Below are positions 1-9,509 of a DNA stretch of 41,887 nucleotides, piece by piece. This DNA is from Candidatus Omnitrophota bacterium. Lineage in GTDB: Bacteria; Omnitrophota; Gorgyraeia; Gygaellales; Profunditerraquicolaceae. A program made the translations under genes and the position numbers. Below the pieces are notes generated by a model. That model saw only the letters and a list, made by a program, of their open reading frames with translations, was not told the origin of the DNA and searched no databases. The stretch covers positions 1 through 41,887 of the forward strand of contig JAMWCI010000004.1 of the NCBI GenBank assembly GCA_023818655.1, given 5' to 3'. Numbering within the stretch: position 1 is the stretch's first letter; each line of letters starts with the position of its first letter.

Positions 1-2
1 AA

Positions 3-956
3 TATCTGGAATATTTTTTGTTTTTTATAATGGTCAGGGACTCGCTAAAAGATATTAAACAGGCAAAGTTTTTTATAGCCATATTTCTCTTTACGGCTTT
101 TTTGACAGCCATATACTCCAATGTTTATATCGAAGAGCAATTGTCGGATAATGCCTCCTTTTTTAGGGTTGTCCCACCCGTTGAAACAAGAAAGGGACAA
201 GAATCCAATACGCTCGGAGGATACTTTATCTTTATGATGGGGATAACCGCAGGCATACTGCTATATACGCGCTCGTTGCCGATAAAAGTATCTCTGATAT
301 GTCTGGAATTAGCTATGTTCAGGGGCTTTCTCTATACTTTATCGCGCGGCTCTTATCTTGCTTTTGTTCCTATGATTATTGCGCTAGTCTATTTTACCAA
401 GCAGGGCAAAATAATTCTCATCTATGTATTGGTCACAAGCTCTCTCTTGTTTGTTTTATTTATGCCGCAGATAGTCAGAGAAAGAATACTGACTACTATT
501 ACGATAAAAGAGGATTTCTCGGGACAGCGCATAGAATGGGAGGCATCTCCTCAGGCCAGATTAGATAGTTGGAAGGTGGTTTTATTTGAGAGGTTTCCCA
601 GAAGCCCGTTTTTTGGACACGGGGTGGCTAAATTTTTTATAGACGGACAAATATTTCTTACGCTTTGCGAAGTCGGGCTGGTGGGGTTATTTCTTTTAGG
701 GTGGGTATTTCTAAGATTATTCATAATAATTAGGAATATTATTGAGCTGGATTGGGTAAAGAAGGATGATTTCGCTATTGGCCTCTCTATAGGATTCTTG
801 TCTGCCTTTATAGGAATGCTCTTTCATGGTATTGGCACAAACACGTTCATAGTGATAAAAACAATGGAGCCGTTTTGGTTTATGGCCGCTATTGTTATAT
901 CGCTACCACAATTACTGAGACAACAAAAGACCCCTAAAACAATTGATGCTACTTAA
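3..956 (+). CDS. O-antigen ligase/polymerase-like (Wzy_C family) membrane protein, 5'-truncated by window edge
   Basis: Frame open from nt 3 (YLEYFLFFIMV). Multi-TM protein with N-LGGY, LSRGSYLA, ARLDSW, PFFGHG and E-G-VG motifs. Sits directly before a Wzx flippase. Confidence 0.8.
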   Translation, partial: YLEYFLFFIMVRDSLKDIKQAKFFIAIFLFTAFLTAIYSNVYIEEQLSDNASFFRVVPPVETRKGQESNTLGGYFIFMMGITAGILLYTRSLPIKVSLICLELAMFRGFLYTLSRGSYLAFVPMIIALVYFTKQGKIILIYVLVTSSLLFVLFMPQIVRERILTTITIKEDFSGQRIEWEASPQARLDSWKVVLFERFPRSPFFGHGVAKFFIDGQIFLTLCEVGLVGLFLLGWVFLRLFIIIRNIIELDWVKKDDFAIGLSIGFLSAFIGMLFHGIGTNTFIVIKTMEPFWFMAAIVISLPQLLRQQKTPKTIDAT

Positions 957-2559
957 TCATAAAGAAATCTCTGATAAGACATTCTCACAAACAGAGGAAT
1001 CCATCTCAAAGAAGATAATCAGAAATACAATTTATAATATAAGCGGACGTTTTTTTAATGCAATTATTTGGGTTTTTCTGACTCCTTATGTTATCCAGCG
1101 CATAGGGGCAGATAGATTTGGAATTTTGGCTATTGTGGGAGGCGTAACCGGTTATTTTGGTTTGTTGGATTTAGGCATAGGCGTCTCTTTCGTGAAGTTT
1201 ATAGCCGAATTTTATGCGAAAAGAGATTACGAGAAGATAAACGAAGTTGCCAATTCTGGGTTTTTTTTCTATTTGCTCTTTACAGGAATAACTATCGCCT
1301 TCCTGCCATTTGTAATCCATCCCCTTATAAAGACCTTGGCAATACCTAACTATCTTTATGACGAAGCGGTTTTTGCTTTTTGGGGCGGTATCATTATCTT
1401 TTCTATTTCAAGTATGGCAAGCATATTTTTCGCCATCCAGAACGGGCTACAGCGTATGGATATAGTGAATAAACTAGGCATTCTTTTTTCTGTGCCAATG
1501 GTTATCGGTACGATTTTCTTTCTTGAGCATGGATATGGGTTACGCGGGCTGGTCATTAATGGCGTGATAATCTTCGTTATCTCCAGCATAGCCAATATAA
1601 TAGTTGCCTTCAGGATATTGCCGGAATTAAAGATATCCCCCCGACTATTTCGCGAAGAGATGTTTAAAAGACTATTCGGGTTTGGATTTAAGTTGCAGAT
1701 AGCCAGGGTATCCTCGATGGTGTGTTTAAATATTGATAAATTTCTTATCGCTTACTTCTTGCCTATTGCTACGGTTACCACTTTCCAACTGGGTAGCTCT
1801 GTAGTAGAACAGGTTAAGGCAGTTTCCCTTCTCTTTATGAGTGCCCTTATCCCAGCATGTTCAGAGGTAAACGCTAAAAATGGCAGGGCAGAGTTGATTG
1901 ACGTTTACACCAAAAGCACTAAATACCTGGCGCTTGTAGTTATTCCATTGTTCGTATTTGCTATAACTTGCGCAAGACAGGTTATGTTTATATGGATGGG
2001 AGCAGGGCATGAAAGAGCGGCTTGGATAATACAAATACTGGGGATTGGATGGGGATGCGCTGTTGTTGTTGGTGGGATACGGAGCGTAATGGTGCAGACA
2101 CTTGCCAAAACTGAGATTGAAATGAAATCAGGGTTGATCGCCATTATTTTCAATATACCTTTGAGCGTCATCCTTGTTGTTAAATTTGGATTGCAAGGCG
2201 TTGCTTTCGGGACTTCTATAAGCCTGATTATTTCAGCTATCTATGGCAATATGAAGTTGCATAAGGAGCTAAATTTGTCTTTCTGGCCTTTTATCAAGGC
2301 GACAATCCTAAAGATTTTTGCTGTCAGCGCATTTGTTGGTATTGTTGTATGGTATATAATATCTGCATCATCAAATTTCTGGGAATTAAATAGAGTAACG
2401 GCCGTATTTGTTTTTATTATAGAGGCAGCATTATTTTTCGCTATTTACCTGATTTTATTGACATATGTAAAACCTTTGGATAATGCTGATGTGAATATCT
2501 TATCAAGAGGGAAAATGTATTTTACCAGAGTTTTATTGGAGAAGCTGAGTCAAAAATAG
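943..2559 (+). CDS. wzx: Wzx/MOP-family polysaccharide flippase
   Basis: 538 aa with many TM segments. KIIRNTIYN...LTPY...G...FG...LDLG and DKFLI motifs are typical of Wzx. Confidence 0.88.
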   Translation: MMLLNHKEISDKTFSQTEESISKKIIRNTIYNISGRFFNAIIWVFLTPYVIQRIGADRFGILAIVGGVTGYFGLLDLGIGVSFVKFIAEFYAKRDYEKINEVANSGFFFYLLFTGITIAFLPFVIHPLIKTLAIPNYLYDEAVFAFWGGIIIFSISSMASIFFAIQNGLQRMDIVNKLGILFSVPMVIGTIFFLEHGYGLRGLVINGVIIFVISSIANIIVAFRILPELKISPRLFREEMFKRLFGFGFKLQIARVSSMVCLNIDKFLIAYFLPIATVTTFQLGSSVVEQVKAVSLLFMSALIPACSEVNAKNGRAELIDVYTKSTKYLALVVIPLFVFAITCARQVMFIWMGAGHERAAWIIQILGIGWGCAVVVGGIRSVMVQTLAKTEIEMKSGLIAIIFNIPLSVILVVKFGLQGVAFGTSISLIISAIYGNMKLHKELNLSFWPFIKATILKIFAVSAFVGIVVWYIISASSNFWELNRVTAVFVFIIEAALFFAIYLILLTYVKPLDNADVNILSRGKMYFTRVLLEKLSQK

Positions 2560-2757
2560 ATAGAAACAAAATTAATATATAAAATATTTATGAAATTTTT
2601 TATCTCAAGGCGTCGGTATATAAATAGGGAAAGATTACATGGTTTCTGTTGAATCAATCTTATCTTCGTTGCTAAAGGTTCTCCGCAGGCTTGTAAAGAA
2701 GGTAACTAGAATCAGGATAATACCTCGGATATTCTTGATGAGATTCAGGGACATAAA

Positions 2758-3504
2758 ATGTATGTAGATACCGGAGACAGGGTTATTTCCACTCTCCTTT
2801 TAAGGGATGGCTTTTACGAAAGCCATACCACGGATTTGTTTAAGAGATTAGTAAAACCAGATATGACCATTATAGATATCGGGGCCAATATCGGATATTA
2901 CACCCTTATGGCTGCGCAATTGGCAGGTAATAAGGGAAAGGTTTACGCCTTTGAGCCAGAACCACATAATTATGATTTACTGACTAAAAACATAGCCATC
3001 AATGGGTATACTAATGTCATACCAATAAAAACAGCAGTATCAAATAAGAGCGGGACAGCTCAGCTTTTTCTTGATAGGGTCGATTTTGGCCGGCATTCTT
3101 TTTCTCAAGAGACAAATATCCGACGAGGCAGGGTTATTGAGGTAGAGACAGTTACTTTAGATGAGTTCTTTGAACAGACGGTCAGAAACTTATCGGCGCA
3201 TATTATAAAAATCGATGCCGAAGGCGCAGAAGGTATGATTATAGAAGGCGCAGAAAAGATGTTAAGAAATAAACTGAAGATTATTATGGAGTTTTTCCCG
3301 CGTGGGATTAGAAACACCGGCATAGATCCGTTGCGGCTATTGCACCGAATGCAAGATATCGGTTTCAGGATAAATACAGTAATAGACGATATCAGGCATT
3401 CTGTATTGAGCGTTCCATTAACCCGCCAAGAATTAATAGAGCTTATCGGATTGTTAGAGAACGCCAAATGCGGAGAAGCCGTGAATATTATATTTGAAAG
3501 ATAG
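2758..3504 (+). CDS. FkbM-family SAM methyltransferase (N-terminus possibly frameshifted from ATG 2639)
   Basis: DIGANIGYYT, VYAFEP and IKIDAEGAE motifs. The reading frame extends upstream as NQDNTSDILDEIQGHK to TAG 2707. Confidence 0.9.
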   Translation: MYVDTGDRVISTLLLRDGFYESHTTDLFKRLVKPDMTIIDIGANIGYYTLMAAQLAGNKGKVYAFEPEPHNYDLLTKNIAINGYTNVIPIKTAVSNKSGTAQLFLDRVDFGRHSFSQETNIRRGRVIEVETVTLDEFFEQTVRNLSAHIIKIDAEGAEGMIIEGAEKMLRNKLKIIMEFFPRGIRNTGIDPLRLLHRMQDIGFRINTVIDDIRHSVLSVPLTRQELIELIGLLENAKCGEAVNIIFER

Positions 3505-3516
3505 GATTGGGCAGAT

Positions 3517-4573
3517 ATGAATTCCGTATACTATAATATAAAAAGTTTGGCCTATGGGACAAAGAATATCCTGTTAAGATATATTAACGGAACCTTATTG
3601 AAACCAAGATGGCTTTGGTTTGAGGTTACCGATAGATGTAACTCCCGCTGTTTGCACTGTAATATCTGGTCTAAAAAGCCCAAAAAAGACATCCTGGCGC
3701 CTGTGGAAATAAAGAAGTTGCTAAGCGAGCCTCTTTTTAATGATATTGAATGGATTTTGAACGCCGGAGGCGAGCCGGCGTTAAGGGATGATTTAGAAGA
3801 AGTTATCCTCAGTCAACACGAGGCTGTCCCCAAGGCAAAAATTATGATAAGCACCAATGGATTATTGCCTGAACGTATCGTCTCTGTAGTCAAGTCAGCG
3901 ATAATAAATAAAATCAATATTTATGTGGGAACATCTATAGAAGCCATAGGCAAGGAACACGATTCAATAAGGGGCATTGCAGGAAATTTTGAGAAAGTAG
4001 ACCGGTTATTGCGTGAGCCGGTTGTCATTAGGGACACCTATAAAAACGGATTTCCGAGTTTTGGTTTTACCCTTATTGACCGGACGCTTCCTCATTTAGA
4101 GGCAGTTAAACTTTACCTAGAAAATTGGGAGTGGATTTCTTAATACAATGGCATAATCAATCTTCTTTCTTTAAGAATATGGGAGCAGACTTGGTTAAGG
4201 ATAAGGTGTCGATGGTTAAAGTAATCAGAAGGTATCCGCCTTCTCTTATTAATGATAAGGGGATTCGGTGGTTGTTAGGTAAGTCCATAAAATTTCAGTG
4301 TTTTGCTATGCACACGTTCTGTATGTTACACTGCGACGGCGATGTTAGCCATTGTCTGGGAAAATGGGATATTGTGGCGGGAAATATCCGCAAGCAATCT
4401 CCTACGATTATATGGCAAAGCGAAAAGCCGATAAAATTAGAAGAATCGTTAAGGGTTGTAGCGGCTGTCTGAATTCCTGCGCCGTTATGTGGAGCGCCGA
4501 TTCCAGTTTTTATCCAAATCTAATATTTAGAATTAAACGAAAAGGAGCCGATATCCTTTCATACTTTACATGA
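3517..4573 (+). pseudogene. Radical SAM/SPASM-twitch protein split by two frameshifts (~352 aa restored)
   Basis: CNSRCLHC and GGEP in piece 1, CFAMH..DGDVSHC..GNI in piece 2, CSGCLNSC in piece 3. Adding one A at 4121-4124 and one at 4423-4426 gives one ORF whose TGA overlaps the next ATG (4570). Confidence 0.85.
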
Positions 4574-7146
4574 AGATATGCTTGATTAATCCGCCACAAA
4601 TTCTTAACCATAAATTTGGCATACCCAATGTTTTTCAGCCGTTGGGACTTCTATACGTTGCGGCCAATTTAGAAAGAGATTTTCAAGTCGAGATAATCGA
4701 TGCCTCCTTAGAGGGATGGAATGAGCTGCGCAAGGTCGGAAATAATTATTATCTTGGGCTTGATTTTGGGGAACTGGAAGAAAGAATAAGAGATATTAAA
4801 CCAGATATTGTCGGCATCACCATTCCATTCTCCATTAATGAAAAGGGCGCGTTAAAGGTAGGCGCTATAGCCAAAGATATTGATAAGGATATAATTACGA
4901 TTTTTGGAGGCGCGCATACTTCAGTGCGGCCTTTGGAGACATTGTCTTATAAGCAGGTAGATTATGTCGTAATCGGCGAAGGAGAGGATACCGCTCTGGA
5001 ATTGATTAAAACGCTGGAGTCCAAAGATACACGTAGCATAAATGATATCAAGGGAATAGGTTATAAGCTTAACGGACAGCCAATATTGACTCCGCCGAGG
5101 GAGTGGGTACGGGATATTGATACAATTCGTATGCCCGCAAGAAACCTGATACCGATGGAGAAATATTTTATTGCCGCCAAGTTAAATAAGGCTGCGCGCT
5201 CTTTGTATAATTTTAGCGAACGCTGGACGAGCATCATCACCAGCCGGGGCTGTCCTTATCGCTGCAATTTTTGCAGCATTCATCATACTATGGGAGAAAG
5301 ATTCAGGCCGCGTAGCCCGAAAAATGTGATTGTTGAGATAAAACAGGTTGTAGAAGAGTATGGGATCAGGCATATAAATTTTGAAGATGACAATTTGACA
5401 TTGGACAAAGAGAGAGCCAAGGAAATATTCAATTTGATAGAAGAGGAAGAATTGGATATAACCTGGAGCGCGCCGAATGGAATCAGGGCTGACAGCATAG
5501 ATGAAGAGTTGGTAAGAGCGATGAAGAGATCGGGATGCAGGAGGGTTTTTGTGGCTCCGGAATCAGGGGTACAACGCATAGTTAGCGATATAATAGGAAA
5601 ACAGCTGGACCTAAGGAAAGTGGAGAAGGCGGTTATACTCTTTAATAAATACGGCATTATTGTTGACGGTTCTTTTGTGATAGGATCTATAGGAGAGACC
5701 TTGGATGATATTCATAAGACTATACGGTATGCCCTGCGTCTGAAAAGATTAGGCATGCGTCTGGCGGGTTTTCATATAGCCACGCCATATTACGGAACCC
5801 GCCTTTATAAAGAGGCAAAAGAAAAGGGATTTCTAAGAAGCGACTTTGACAGTAGTTTATTGACTACGGCAGAGCCGTCCATTATTACTCCTGAGTGGGG
5901 TATGGATGAGATAAAAAAGATGTTAAAAAAAGCGCAATGGACGGTTAATTATAATTTTAAAGAAAAAGTCATATCTTTATTATCATCGCGTCATCCCCGC
6001 GTTTATAAAACTTTAAGTTTTTTGAAAAGATTATTCTTCTACCCATTTTACCTGAGGGAGTTATGCCTCTGGTTTTATTATATTATCGCTCTATCAAAAA
6101 ATAGTTGTAAGAATCTAATATCCAGATTAGTGCGTATGCCGCCTAAGGTCAAATATATGGTTTATGAGGTTACGGATGCCTGTAATTCACAATGCCAGCA
6201 TTGTTATATATGGCGGCATAAACCTGCAGCGCATATGTTAACTCCAGACGAATTGGAAGAAATTCTTAGGGATGATTTTTTCAGCAATCTAAAAGTAGTT
6301 TTGCTTACAGGGGGAGAGCCGGTGCTCCGAGGCGATATTCACGAAATTATCTCTGTTATACATAAGGTAAGGCCGTATGCGGAGATTACCTTAAGCACCA
6401 ATGCCCTGCTACCGGAAAGAGTGCTTGAGGTTTTGCGTTATACAGTAGCCCATAATATAAAAATAAATATTGGGGTTTCCGTTGATGCGATAGGAGAAAG
6501 ACACGATTTAATCCGGGGGGTGAAGGGGAATTTTGAAAAAGCCGATTATCTATTATCGGAACTTATAAAATTGAAACAAATATACAAAGATAAAATGGGT
6601 AGCATTGTCATTGGACAGACTGTTTCTAACCTGACCGCCGATACGCTTAAGGACGTCTTATCGTATGCACAGAGATTAAATGTAGGATACCTTCCGCAGC
6701 TATATGAAGAATTCATTTATTATCATAATATAAATAATAGCCGGGCAGAAAATTACCGGCTCGCTAATAACGAGAATTTGGAAAAAGCGATTAAAGAATT
6801 ACCTCCGACTTTCCATAACGAGTTGCTGATTGAATCACTTAGACACAGACTCAGGTTCAGATGTGCCTGTCTGATGAACTTTTTTGTATTAAGATGCGAC
6901 GGTTCGGTATCGCCGTGTTTAAAGTATTCTGAAACCAAGATAGGCAACATCAGATTAAAACCTCCGTCAGAGGTTTGGAATAGCCAAGCCGCTAAAATGG
7001 CTAAGGGATTAGTGGTAAAGTGCGATGGATGTTCTAATGCCTGGGCAACTGCCTGGAGCCTGGAGGATTGTTTTTTCCCGTTTTTAAGAACCCGCATAAA
7101 AGCGGATTTAAAAGCACTTATTAAAAAAATTATGGGGAACAACTAA
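4570..7146 (+). CDS. B12-binding radical SAM enzyme fused to a second radical SAM-SPASM/twitch domain
   Basis: N-terminal LINPP..PLGLLY..GGAH..GEGE B12 domain and TSRGCPYRCNFC (Cys motif at 5251-5274). Second CNSQCQHC (6181-6204), LTGGEP, DGSVSPC and CDGC. Confidence 0.9.
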   Translation: MKICLINPPQILNHKFGIPNVFQPLGLLYVAANLERDFQVEIIDASLEGWNELRKVGNNYYLGLDFGELEERIRDIKPDIVGITIPFSINEKGALKVGAIAKDIDKDIITIFGGAHTSVRPLETLSYKQVDYVVIGEGEDTALELIKTLESKDTRSINDIKGIGYKLNGQPILTPPREWVRDIDTIRMPARNLIPMEKYFIAAKLNKAARSLYNFSERWTSIITSRGCPYRCNFCSIHHTMGERFRPRSPKNVIVEIKQVVEEYGIRHINFEDDNLTLDKERAKEIFNLIEEEELDITWSAPNGIRADSIDEELVRAMKRSGCRRVFVAPESGVQRIVSDIIGKQLDLRKVEKAVILFNKYGIIVDGSFVIGSIGETLDDIHKTIRYALRLKRLGMRLAGFHIATPYYGTRLYKEAKEKGFLRSDFDSSLLTTAEPSIITPEWGMDEIKKMLKKAQWTVNYNFKEKVISLLSSRHPRVYKTLSFLKRLFFYPFYLRELCLWFYYIIALSKNSCKNLISRLVRMPPKVKYMVYEVTDACNSQCQHCYIWRHKPAAHMLTPDELEEILRDDFFSNLKVVLLTGGEPVLRGDIHEIISVIHKVRPYAEITLSTNALLPERVLEVLRYTVAHNIKINIGVSVDAIGERHDLIRGVKGNFEKADYLLSELIKLKQIYKDKMGSIVIGQTVSNLTADTLKDVLSYAQRLNVGYLPQLYEEFIYYHNINNSRAENYRLANNENLEKAIKELPPTFHNELLIESLRHRLRFRCACLMNFFVLRCDGSVSPCLKYSETKIGNIRLKPPSEVWNSQAAKMAKGLVVKCDGCSNAWATAWSLEDCFFPFLRTRIKADLKALIKKIMGNN

Positions 7147-8519
7147 TGCCGAAAGTTTTATACATTGGTTTTGGAATCTTTCCATTAATGCAGGGTGGGG
7201 CAATAATCTATCAGGAGTCGCTGGCGGAAAGAATAAGGGAGATGGGCTGGGAGACTGTATGTTTCTTCGGTATGCCAGTATCGGATTATACTTTTAAAAA
7301 CAAGCCGTATCTTGGGGTTCGATACGTAAACGGGATTAAATTTATCGAGTTTTATAACTCTCCGAATAAAGTAGGTTATTATATTAATCCAGAACAGCAG
7401 TGTTTGGATGCATACATAGATTCCCTAACCAAAAGAGTGCTGGATGAGGAGAGGCCGGATATTGTCCATATACATGAGTTACAGATGCATACCGCATCCA
7501 CAATTGAGGTAATCCGTAAAAACAGAATCCCTGTTTTAAAGACCATACATAACTATTTTGATATATGTCCTCAACGGGATTTATTGTTTCAGGCAAAAGA
7601 GATATGCCTCGATTACAGGGAAGGAGAGAGATGCGTTGAGTGTCTGAAGAGCTTACCCATAAAAAAAGAAGCGCCATTTATAAAAAAGATACTTTGGCAT
7701 TGTATGCCAAGACGCTTATATGAAGATTTATCCATTTTTTATGGAAAAATAAAACCTCTTCACGGCAAAGGCGCGCCGGATATTCGCCAGACGTATTATG
7801 CATATCAATATGCCAAACGAAGGAAATTCTTTGTGGAGATGCTGAATAGGCTTGATATCCTTCATTGCTCTTCGCACCGCTCCGCAGAACTTCTTACGAG
7901 ATATGGGGTATTAAAAGATAAAATCAGGGTTATTCCTATTTCTGTTAAAAACATAGAAAAAATTCATCCTAAACCTCTACGGGATACCCGTCTCCCAGTT
8001 GTTTTTGGTTATATGGGGGGAGAACATTTATCAAAAGGGTACGAAATATTGATAGATGCCTTTTTAAGACTCAATCAGGCCAAGGCAAAATTGATTATCT
8101 GGGGGATGCCTAAATCAGAAAGGTTAGCCCCGAGTCCGGCTATAGAATTCAGATGGCGATATCAGCACAACGATATAAACGAAGTATTAAAAGAGATAGA
8201 CATAGGAGTTGTTCCTTCAGTTTGGGAAGAGGTATTTGGAATTATAGGGATTGAATTTTTAGCTGCCAGAATTCCGGTTATAGGCAGCAATATAGGCGGG
8301 ATACCAGAGTGGCTGAAGGATAAAGAGAACGGTTTTCTTGTCTATCCCGCAGATACTGAGGAGCTTGTTCAGAAGATGCAATTATTTATTGAAAATCCAG
8401 AATTGATTGCCCAGATGCAAGAAAATATCAAGCCGCAAAAAACACTTAATGAACATGCCGTGGAAATCATTAATTTCTATAAAGAGATAATCTCAAGGAG
8501 AAAAACGACTGAAGGATAA
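7146..8519 (+). CDS. GT4 glycosyltransferase with internal Cys cluster
   Basis: PDIVHIH, KG, PSVWEEVFG..E and GGIPE motifs. Internal ICP...C...CVEC. Confidence 0.88.
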   Translation: MPKVLYIGFGIFPLMQGGAIIYQESLAERIREMGWETVCFFGMPVSDYTFKNKPYLGVRYVNGIKFIEFYNSPNKVGYYINPEQQCLDAYIDSLTKRVLDEERPDIVHIHELQMHTASTIEVIRKNRIPVLKTIHNYFDICPQRDLLFQAKEICLDYREGERCVECLKSLPIKKEAPFIKKILWHCMPRRLYEDLSIFYGKIKPLHGKGAPDIRQTYYAYQYAKRRKFFVEMLNRLDILHCSSHRSAELLTRYGVLKDKIRVIPISVKNIEKIHPKPLRDTRLPVVFGYMGGEHLSKGYEILIDAFLRLNQAKAKLIIWGMPKSERLAPSPAIEFRWRYQHNDINEVLKEIDIGVVPSVWEEVFGIIGIEFLAARIPVIGSNIGGIPEWLKDKENGFLVYPADTEELVQKMQLFIENPELIAQMQENIKPQKTLNEHAVEIINFYKEIISRRKTTEG

Positions 8520-8522
8520 ACG

Positions 8523-9509
8523 ATGGACATGGACCTTTCAGTAATAATAGTAAGCTGGAACGTCAGGGATTTTCTCAAGAGGTGCCTTGAGTCATTGTAC
8601 AGATATACCGTAGGCATAGAATTTGAGGTTTTTGTAGTCGATAATAATTCTTATGACGCCAGTCCCGATATGGTGCGGCAGTCCTTTTCGCAGGTAAACC
8701 TCATCGTAAACAAAGATAATCTGGGATTTGCCAAAGCCAATAACCAGGCGCTTACGTTCTGCTCCGGCCGGTATATACTTTTCTTGAATCCTGATACAGA
8801 ACTCCTGGATAATTCTCTTAAGTTGATGGTGGATTTTATGGATACCCATCCAGAGGCATCTGCGGCGGGGTGCAAGCTTATATACTCGGACGGCTCTCTC
8901 CAACACAGTTGCCGCCATTTCCCTTCCTTATTCACAGACCTTATGGAGAAGCTGTATCTGGATTATGTTTTTCCCCAAAGCCCGTTTTTTAATTTTTATC
9001 GCATGGGGCTTTGGCCGCATGACACCTTAAGGAAGGTTGATGTTCCTTATGGTGCATGCATAATAATAAGAAAACAGGCAATTGATATTCTTGGGGGAAT
9101 GGATGAGCGGTTTTTTATGTACTATGATGAGATAGACCTATGTTATCGGATAAAACAGACAGGGGGTTCTGTTTATTTTATACCGGATATAAATATAGTG
9201 CATCATGCAAACCGTAGCTCTAGTCAGGTATCTTTAGAAACGCAGCAATATAAATATAGAAGCAAGTTACTCTTTTTTAAAAAGCACTACGGTATGCTCT
9301 CAGCATGGGTCCTCTTCATCAACTTGTGTTTTAACAAGCTAATTGTCTGGGGTATACTTTGGCCTATTAACGCTATCGCGGGAAGGCGCTGGGATATAGG
9401 GCATCTGAAAAGTGCTATAAGGATAGAGTGGCAGGAATATATCCGGTTTCTAAAAAACAGATTTTCTTGTCATGGGAAGTGCGATGGTCAAGGCGCAGGT
9501 GTTCGCTAA
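8523..9509 (+). CDS. GT2 glycosyltransferase (WbbL/rhamnosyltransferase-like)
   Basis: SVIIVSWN, VVDNNS, NLGFAKANN, FLNPD and DERFFMY.DE.D motifs. Confidence 0.9.
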   Translation: MDMDLSVIIVSWNVRDFLKRCLESLYRYTVGIEFEVFVVDNNSYDASPDMVRQSFSQVNLIVNKDNLGFAKANNQALTFCSGRYILFLNPDTELLDNSLKLMVDFMDTHPEASAAGCKLIYSDGSLQHSCRHFPSLFTDLMEKLYLDYVFPQSPFFNFYRMGLWPHDTLRKVDVPYGACIIIRKQAIDILGGMDERFFMYYDEIDLCYRIKQTGGSVYFIPDINIVHHANRSSSQVSLETQQYKYRSKLLFFKKHYGMLSAWVLFINLCFNKLIVWGILWPINAIAGRRWDIGHLKSAIRIEWQEYIRFLKNRFSCHGKCDGQGAGVR

